This document shows positions 56,942-64,000 of a DNA stretch of 64,000 bases, piece after piece. Made by a program: the position numbers and the translations under genes. The stretch's first letter is position 1. Each line of letters begins with the position of its first letter. Source of the DNA: Chrysomallon squamiferum (taxonomy: Eukaryota > Animalia > Mollusca). Location of the stretch: positions 5,208,001-5,272,000 of the forward strand of contig CM022673.1 of the NCBI GenBank assembly GCA_012295275.1, read 5' to 3'. The notes beneath the pieces were generated by a model. The model searched no databases. It saw nothing but the letters and a program-made list of their open reading frames with translations, and was not told the origin of the DNA.

Positions 56942-57772
56942 CCTAACATAAACTGTCTGTTGACATGCACTAAAACAGTTGTTAATATTTAAATGAAAAA
57001 AAAAAAAATTAAAATAAGAAACAAAACAAATCATAAATTGATAAAAAATCTATTAACTATTTCACTACCTAGTTTGTTTTAAATTCCTTTTAACAATAAC
57101 TTGACATGTAAGTTGTATACCTTTATGCATCAGTCATAATAATTTAATGATTAAAAAACAAAAGGAAAAAAAAGTGCTTGTTGTTTCAACACAAATATAT
57201 CTTTTGGATTATCATTATAATTATTAGTATATTCTGGTTACTTCCCATTCCACCAAGTGCTCCACTACTGGCATATCAAAGGGAAATGATGTATAATAAA
57301 AATAGTCTACTAATTGCTAATAGTAGCCCAAACTATGATAAGACAGATTTTTGTACTATAAGTAAAGATTATATGGTTAAAATCTGATAATGGTTAATAT
57401 AGCAATATTGAAATAATTATTACTGACATTCATTCACTGATGATTAAGATATAAAGAACTTAAGTATATATACAATTATTGGTTGATATGATGTAAGTTA
57501 AATTATTATTATCTAAAGCATAATAAAACAAACTATTCATGAAAATTAATTTCAACATCATTTGTATGATGTGTTGACTAAGTCACTGTAGACATTTTGC
57601 AAATATTATTTTAAAATGTGTCTTCACCTTTCTCAAATACTGTTCTTTGATGCATAAAAGTTGAACTACAATATGGTCAAAATATATTCTTCTTATTATT
57701 ATTATTTATTGAGGGGGTTTTGGGTTTTTTTTTTTACAGAATTCTTTCCTTTAATAACAAATTATAGTAATA

Positions 57773-57803
<31 letters not shown>

Positions 57804-58237
57804 TTGTACAAAACATTTTCTGTTAATCAAAATTTAAAAATTAAAATTAAAATTAAAATAAAGAGCACCAAAGTTTTTAAAATATATATGCATAAAATAA
57901 TCTACCTAAAGTAATCAATACTGTGAATGAAACTGAGCATAACCAAACCTTGAGAATAAAAAGATGATACATTTAACAAAAACAAATTTACTAATTATTC
58001 TGGGTTATTATTATTATTATCTATTTTTTTTTCTTCACAAATTGTAACTGTACATCTTTAAAACTGTCATGCTACAAATTACTGATGGAGTTATGAAATT
58101 TTAAAAAGAAAAACAAAAAGATAAACAGTTGCTAAACAAATAAATAAATAAATATGGCCAAAATAAAAAAATAATAATTTAAAAAAGAACAATAAAAAAA
58201 TAATTTAAAAATCACAAGAAAACCCCATTTATACTGG

Positions 58238-58862
58238 AATTGCATGCAGTTAAGATGTCTTGGCTTTAATTAACACACTGAAAATAAAATTTATATTTTA
58301 AGCTACTCACACAAGTTATTAAAAAATGTATTGTTTGTTTTATTTCAATTTTCACAAAATGTAGCAAAGCTAATTATAGACAAATGAATATGTGTCATAT
58401 AAAAATCTATTTCTGTAATTAAACTTTACATTTAAGAAACCATTAGTTGATCTAATTATCTAAATTAACATTAACAAATGTAAATAGAAATAATTGAAAA
58501 AAGGTGGCTAGACAAATAAATAAATAAATAAATAAATAAATAAAAAGTGAAAAAAATATAAAATAATAATAATAATAAAATTTAAATTTTTATTGTAATT
58601 GCATGTAGTTAAGATGTCTTGGCTTTAATTAACAAATAGAAAATAAAGATTATAGTTTTAATCTACCCATACCAGTTATTAAATTGTTTTATTGTTTTAT
58701 TACAATTTTCAAAAAATGAAAGGAAATTAATTATAGACACCTGATGTTTGCTTCATCTGAAAATCTATTTCTGTACTTAAACTTTATATTTAAGAAACAA
58801 TTAGCTCATCTAATTATCTAAATTACAATAACAAATATAAAATAAAAATAATTTAAAAAAAT
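58238..58862. repeat. Tandem duplication, ~265 bp homologous block, period 359 bp
   Basis: AATTGCATG(C/T)AGTTAAGATGTCTTGGCTTTAATTAAC...ATCTAATTATCTAAATTA starts at 58238 and again at 58597. Confidence 0.92.
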
Positions 58863-58975
58863 AGTAGATAAATAAAATGTAATGTTTGGTAATAAAATTT
58901 CACAATAAGTCCACCAAGAAATCAAAAGGCTATTCACAGAAATGTTAAAGAAAACAATGACAAAACACATATGAA

Positions 58976-59017
<42 letters not shown>

Positions 59018-59579
59018 TTATAAAAATAAAAGTAATTAATAAAAGAAATTGTTTAAAAATTCAATAAAAAATAATAAAAAAATAAAATAAAAAGACAGTA
59101 CTAAGCAAGAGATAAATGACTTTGCAACAACAATAAAATAAACATCATTAACAAATTAATTTCTAACAGTTTTCAATAAATCATGTTTTATATTTGTATA
59201 CATCTGCATTTATTTCTCAAGAGAAATAATCACCTGTTTTTGCTTTTTTGTAAATGTTTCATAATTTTTTTTATTTTTAATGAAGAAAACATCTTTTTTA
59301 TTATTTCTGTAAACTACCAAAAAATCATCACACTATTTCCTGTTGTCACCAATGGTAATAATATTCAAACATTCTGGACCCTAAATATGCAGTTAAATAC
59401 ACAGCATATAAAACAAATTACCTACATTTTAACTTGACTGAGATGTTGAACCTGTATCATTTTTCTTACTACCAAATACACTTCATACAGCTTTGTACAT
59501 TTTGAATAAAAGAAAAAATATAATAATAATAATAATAATAATAACAACAACTACAACAGAAAAAAAAATTAGGTCTTAC

Positions 59580-59723
59580 TGATTTTAAAAATCTGATCTC
59601 TGCAATTATTTTCCTTTCCAACTTTTTAGCTCCTTCGATGTGACTCAATTTCTGACATCTTTCTTGCAAGTCATAACCAAACTGGATATATTTATCAGCA
59701 TATAAAGCAGCTACTGATGCCAT
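59580..59723 (-). CDS. C7orf25: UPF0415 / C7orf25-like protein, first coding exon (48 codons, phase-0 donor)
   Basis: Translates MASVAALYADKYIQFGYDLQERCQKLSHIEGAKKLERKIIAEIRFLKS, resembling the C7orf25 N-terminus as I recall it (..[20 protein letters not shown]). Ends at donor TCA|GTAAGA (intron starts 59579). An upstream acceptor ttttttctccAG at 59739-59738 implies a further non-coding 5' exon. Confidence 0.88.
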
Positions 59724-60329
59724 GGTTCTATAAAAATCTGGAGAAAAAAATATATAGAATAATATATCTATTTTATACTATGAAGTTCAAGCCATTTAAT
59801 AACACATAAAAACAACATGTATGAAATTTTTATTTGCTTCAAGATCTTAATTCATTTTAACATTAATAGTTACCTAAGTACCAGATACAACAACCAGAAG
59901 AATACTGCTGCCTAACTCCAAGAGCTAATTCTTAATTTCGCAGTTTCTAAGTTTTACAGATCAACTATTTTGAATGTTGATACTGTGAAGAATAAAAATA
60001 TGCATAATTATGGATGCTAAAAAATATTACTTTGCAATCCATTACAAATGAACCCTGCAGTAAGGATCTGTATATTGATATGAACCTGTTGTTTGACATT
60101 ATATAAATAGAATTTTTACTTTCTGATTATTTTTAATTTGTTAACAATAACATCATACTCAGAAATGGGTTCAAACACACTGAAATGTATCTAAATAAAA
60201 ATGCAAGTATTTTTCTTTTTTTACATTCATTTGTAAATGTATTTATATATCAACACAAATACTTTCGAAAGTAATTCAAATTCAAATACAAATACAAATA
60301 TTTTTCAAAGAATAAATTTATTCTGACGT

Positions 60330-61025
60330 ATATGATATGTATAATGTAGCATTGCATGTCACTGACAGCATCGTCTGTGCATCACATCAGATCAGTGTGT
60401 CACTGTCAGATCTGTTATTACACAAGAGGAACGTTATCGTGTGTGTGCGTGCGTAATGTGTGTGTTGGATTTTGTCAACTAATTGATTCTGAAAACTGTT
60501 GAGTATGATATTAATCCCGGCTCATTATTACTATTAGTTATCCTATTTCCATCAAAATATTTTATTTATATGCCATAATGTCACGATAACAGGTAAGTTA
60601 TCGGATATCGATTCCGTGAAGTCACAATTAAGTGAATTATGATATCAGTATTATATACAGAATATAATAAATATTATGTGAAGTTTTGTTCGACGTTTAC
60701 ACGGAAACTGGTCCACTGGATTCGTAGTTTGTTGTTTTAATAAATTAGTACACTGTCAAAACATGAGAAAACTGACCTTATTTCCTTAAAATATTCTTAA
60801 TTCCTTATATTAACATACTGAACGAATATTAAAACTACAGTTCAAATATAAATGTACTGTCACGTCATTTGTTTATGCCACGAAACGTTTTCTATCAAAA
60901 ATAATGCTAATGACCCTAATGCTCGCACATGCCGTCAATGTTTACGCGAGATACTGCGAGAGTCCATGCTTCAATCACCTACCGTACATAACTTAATAGA
61001 CATTGGATAAAAATATTTCGAGTGG
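60330..61025. promoter_or_regulatory. CpG-retaining putative promoter region upstream of the C7orf25-like gene
   Basis: CpG density rises sharply relative to the intron. Motifs include GTCACGTCA (CRE/E-box-like, ~60859), CGGAAA (ETS-like), TTTACGCG, TATCGAT, and CCAAT on the minus strand (~61002). Candidate minus-strand donors AAG|GTCAGT (60776) and CG|GTAGGT (60982). Confidence 0.55.
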
Positions 61026-61405
61026 CTATTAATTAAAAAAAACAACACACACAAAAAAAAAAAAAAAAATGATATTTTACAAAAATATTATTATTATTAT
61101 TAGTAGTAGTAGTAGTAGTAGTATTTTATTATTATTATTGATAGGCCTAATATTTCAGTTTAAGTGTAGACAATACAAATAACAAACATAAAATACTGAA
61201 ATAAAGGCTATCTTTTTCGTAATGTTATATATATATAAAAGTGTTTTTATATAAAATGTTGTAAATGGATAATTTGCTGGGGAAATTATTTTTGTAAAGA
61301 AATATATATTATTCTTATTCGCACAAGAATCAAGAAATATGCATTTTATTGTTCTTACTGTTCTGTCGTTAATTTATAATTACTTGTTATGACAGAATCT
61401 CATTC

Positions 61406-61465
<60 letters not shown>

Positions 61466-61867
61466 AAGGAGAAAAACAATAAAAGAATTTCATAAGAATT
61501 CTGCCGCAAAACCGATGCAAGCTATGGATTGCTTCTTTTTTTTCATTAATAATTTAATATAATTAATATAATTTACGAATAAATGTTTAATTAATGTTTA
61601 AATAATTAACTCAATAACTGTACTTGTAATCATAACATTTACGGTAGTTGGTAGGGTCGTAGTTGAACATTTTGGATATAACGTTCTTTGTCTGTTTGTA
61701 AAGTTGTAATATTTAATGTAAAAAGAGGAACAAGAACAACAATCCCAAATCTAGCAATTGATAAATTAAAACAATACTGTAAAACTAATAAATTACTATC
61801 ATTTTAGTTCAGATACGCTGTACATTTCGATACAATATTGTATATTTCACAATAGTTTACGTGATTA

Positions 61868-61939
61868 GGGGATGTAGCTCAGTGGTAGAGCGTTCGCTTT
61901 GCATGTGAAAGGCCCCGGGTTCGATACCCGGCATCTCCA
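61868..61939 (+). tRNA. tRNA-Ala (anticodon TGC), 72 nt, intronless
   Basis: Folds as GGGGATG/CATCTCC acceptor stem with G3:U70, GCTC/GAGC D stem, TTCGC/GTGAA anticodon stem with loop TT-TGC-AT, CCGGG/CCCGG T stem with TTCGATA loop, discriminator A. A and B boxes intact. Confidence 0.97.
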
Positions 61940-61948
61940 TTAACGATA

Positions 61949-61966
61949 TTTTTCATTCTTTTTTTT
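61949..61966 (+). terminator. RNA polymerase III oligo-T terminator of tRNA-Ala
   Basis: T5 at 61949-61953 and T8 at 61959-61966, just downstream of the tRNA 3' end. Confidence 0.8.
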
Positions 61967-62232
61967 CTTTCTTATTACAATAGAATCATTTTCTTCTAAT
62001 TAAGTAATATATACAATAAGAATGACTTCAATATTATCATAAAATTGTTCTTTTTTAAAATCATTTTTCATCATTAAAATGATTCCAATGTTTAGAGGCA
62101 TTCATTTGTAATTATCTATTATTAATGACATTCACAATGTAAGAATCTTTACAAATGTCAGTATGTGCACACAATTATGACTGAAACTGTTCATAGGTTA
62201 ATGATTAGGGCTCACATAATGCATTTTGTCAA

Positions 62233-62308
62233 GGAAATATAGCTTAGTGGTAGCAGGTTTGATTTGCATGTGAAAGACCCTACCTGGGTATAATACCTAG
62301 CATCTCCA
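62233..62308 (+). pseudogene. Degenerate tRNA-Ala(TGC) copy
   Basis: GGAAATATAGCTTAGTGGTAG...TTTGCATGTGAAAG...CCTAGCATCTCCA is colinear with the intact tRNA 365 bp upstream. It has mismatched stems, a small insertion and a broken B box (GGTTCGA to GGTATAA). Confidence 0.85.
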
Positions 62309-62796
62309 ATGGCTTTCATATTTAATTTATTTTATAAAATGGTGGTTTTATTTATTTTACTTCAATTGAAATTATTAAATTTTATGATCAAACTACTTCT
62401 TTCCAATAATAATAATAATAACCTGTAATCTTGAGTACTCTGCTGTCTTTTAATAATCTCAGATTGATTGTGATAGACATACTTTATAACTTTTATTGTT
62501 TACTCATTAAAATTTTATTTTCATTTTTTTATTATTATGTACAAAAACATGTTGCTGGTCTTTAAGCACTAAAAGATAAAACGAATAAGGAATATTAACT
62601 TTTTAATTAATAAACTTTATAACTTTTATAATCCTCATCCAACTCTAAAACAAAGTCAAATGTAAAATAAAAATAATCATAAGAACAACAAAACATGACA
62701 AAGCAGAAACTGATTTTAATTTGAATTTCTGTTGTCAAAGACTAAAATACATTTTTCTCCGTTCTGTCACAGTCACCATCATCTGGAATGATGGAG

Positions 62797-64000
62797 TCAT
62801 TTTCTCAAATGTGTCTGTTCCTGCTTTTCTCTTTCTTTTTTCAGTTTCTTACCAAACAGTTTTTTATGTTTCCGACTTTGAATATGACTCTCCCACTGTT
62901 TCTGTGTGACAAAAACCCTGTCACCACACACATGACAAACATTATACACAGGTTTATCTGAGAGAGCCTCTGAACACTCTAAAGGTGCTATACATGGCTG
63001 CCTTCCTTTGATAATTGAGTCAACAATTTCTTCTGCAGGACTTAGAACATCTTCTTGCCATCTGTTAATGTCTGTTGAATTCAAACTATAAACTGGAGGA
63101 ACATTCTCATCAGGCCTTCCAAGAAATCTGCTTTTGATCCACTGAATCTGTCGCTTGGCATATCGTCGTGTAACCAGCTTAAGTTCAGCTATTCCTTCAT
63201 CTTTAAGCTGTCTTCCTTTTTCACTCTCTTTCTCCTCATCAGTAAGCATCAGGTAACCATGAAATTCTTTAAAGCCAATGCTCTGAAATATTCCAAGTGT
63301 GTAGTCTGGTTTTTGATGTGTACATGTTGTTTTGTATGCTTGATGGAAGTTGGTCAGTTCTTGTAACAGTCCTCTCTCTACCATCCTGTCCACTCTGGAA
63401 TCCAGGCGTTCACATAAAACTTTGTGATCACACTGAATCCACAATATGCAGGTGTTTGGATACCTAAGTGGTCCACTTATTGCAGGTTTTTCACTGCCTA
63501 GATGTTGTGCTTTATGTATATGACTTATTGGTATTCCATGAGTTTCAAAAACTTCTAGAGCCCTTATAATTCTTCTTCTGTTATGAGGATGCAACCTCTT
63601 AGCTCTTTCTGGATCTACCTCCATTAACTTTTTGTATAAATCACTAGTTTCCATATCAACAAATTTTCCTTCCCTTATTTTTGAATTGTTTTTAATATCA
63701 TTTTTATTAATGCAGGCAGAATTTAAAAAACATTCTTGATCCTTTGTCCCAGTAGTTTGAAGTTGTGTCATTTCCTCAACATCAGAATAACTATTAACAG
63801 CCAATGGGGTTGTTGTTTGTTGTACTTGAAAGGTCGTCTGCTCAATTTCGTCATTTTTACTTAATTTAGCTTGTTTAATATCTTTACTGTTAACGAGAAA
63901 ATCCCAGAGCAAAGCTTCTATATAGTAATTAGTTCCTCCTACTACTACTGGCATCTTAGCTTTATGGAACAAGTTTTCTATGATTGGCAAAGCCAAATTT
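62797..64000 (-). CDS. TRIT1: tRNA dimethylallyltransferase (MiaA/Mod5/TRIT1), 5'-truncated by the window edge
   Basis: Motifs PVVVGGTNYYIEALLW, VDPERAKRLHPHNRRRIIRALEV, RLDSRVDRMVERGLLQEL, GIFQSIGFKEF, TRRYAKRQIQWI, and the eukaryotic C-terminal zinc finger CHVC..WESHIQSRKHKK. The frame stays open to the window end. Stop TGA at 62799-62797. Confidence 0.96.
   Translation of the reverse strand, partial: NLALPIIENLFHKAKMPVVVGGTNYYIEALLWDFLVNSKDIKQAKLSKNDEIEQTTFQVQQTTTPLAVNSYSDVEEMTQLQTTGTKDQECFLNSACINKNDIKNNSKIREGKFVDMETSDLYKKLMEVDPERAKRLHPHNRRRIIRALEVFETHGIPISHIHKAQHLGSEKPAISGPLRYPNTCILWIQCDHKVLCERLDSRVDRMVERGLLQELTNFHQAYKTTCTHQKPDYTLGIFQSIGFKEFHGYLMLTDEEKESEKGRQLKDEGIAELKLVTRRYAKRQIQWIKSRFLGRPDENVPPVYSLNSTDINRWQEDVLSPAEEIVDSIIKGRQPCIAPLECSEALSDKPVYNVCHVCGDRVFVTQKQWESHIQSRKHKKLFGKKLKKEREKQEQTHLRK

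Noticed and set aside
59469-59579. C-terminal part of the 84-aa ORF, and the ends of ORF 15051-15338
   Set aside because: Read-through into intron sequence beyond consensus splice sites.
62520-62799. Selenocysteine readthrough of four in-frame UGAs after TRIT1
   Set aside because: The 3' UTR hairpins are Watson-Crick paired with no SECIS GA quartet, and the UGAs are explained by GAT/GAC codons in the neighbouring frame.
61868-64000. Functional enzyme-substrate pairing of TRIT1 with the adjacent tRNA
   Set aside because: TRIT1 requires A36-A37-A38. This tRNA-Ala(UGC) has C36-A37-U38, so it is not a substrate and the adjacency is probably coincidental.

Overview
AT-rich, microsatellite-dense animal genomic DNA with spliceosomal introns. 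Degenerate SINE fragments suggest a mollusc, possibly a gastropod, but this is tentative. Three protein-coding loci are supported. (1) A minus-strand C7orf25/UPF0415 homologue: coding exon 59723-59580 splices in frame across a ~44.3 kb intron to exon 15314-15080, and the next exon appears to lie left of the window. (2) A plus-strand single-coding-exon FN3 + transmembrane protein (49510-50400, FNDC9-like architecture) nested antisense in that intron. (3) The 3' ~400 codons of an intron-free minus-strand tRNA dimethylallyltransferase (TRIT1) at the right edge. Also present: an intact tRNA-Ala(UGC) with a decayed tandem copy, two pogo/Tigger transposase remnants, several minisatellites and local duplications, and many CpG-retaining non-coding islands in otherwise CpG-depleted introns. 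I cannot confirm a new biological system from sequence alone. The best leads are the nested signal-peptide-less FN3 gene, the enhancer-like islands (possible genomic regulatory block), a cluster of three IR1 nuclear-receptor-type palindromes, and an inverted repeat carrying two RFX X-boxes. Most short ORFs in the supplied track are low-complexity artefacts.
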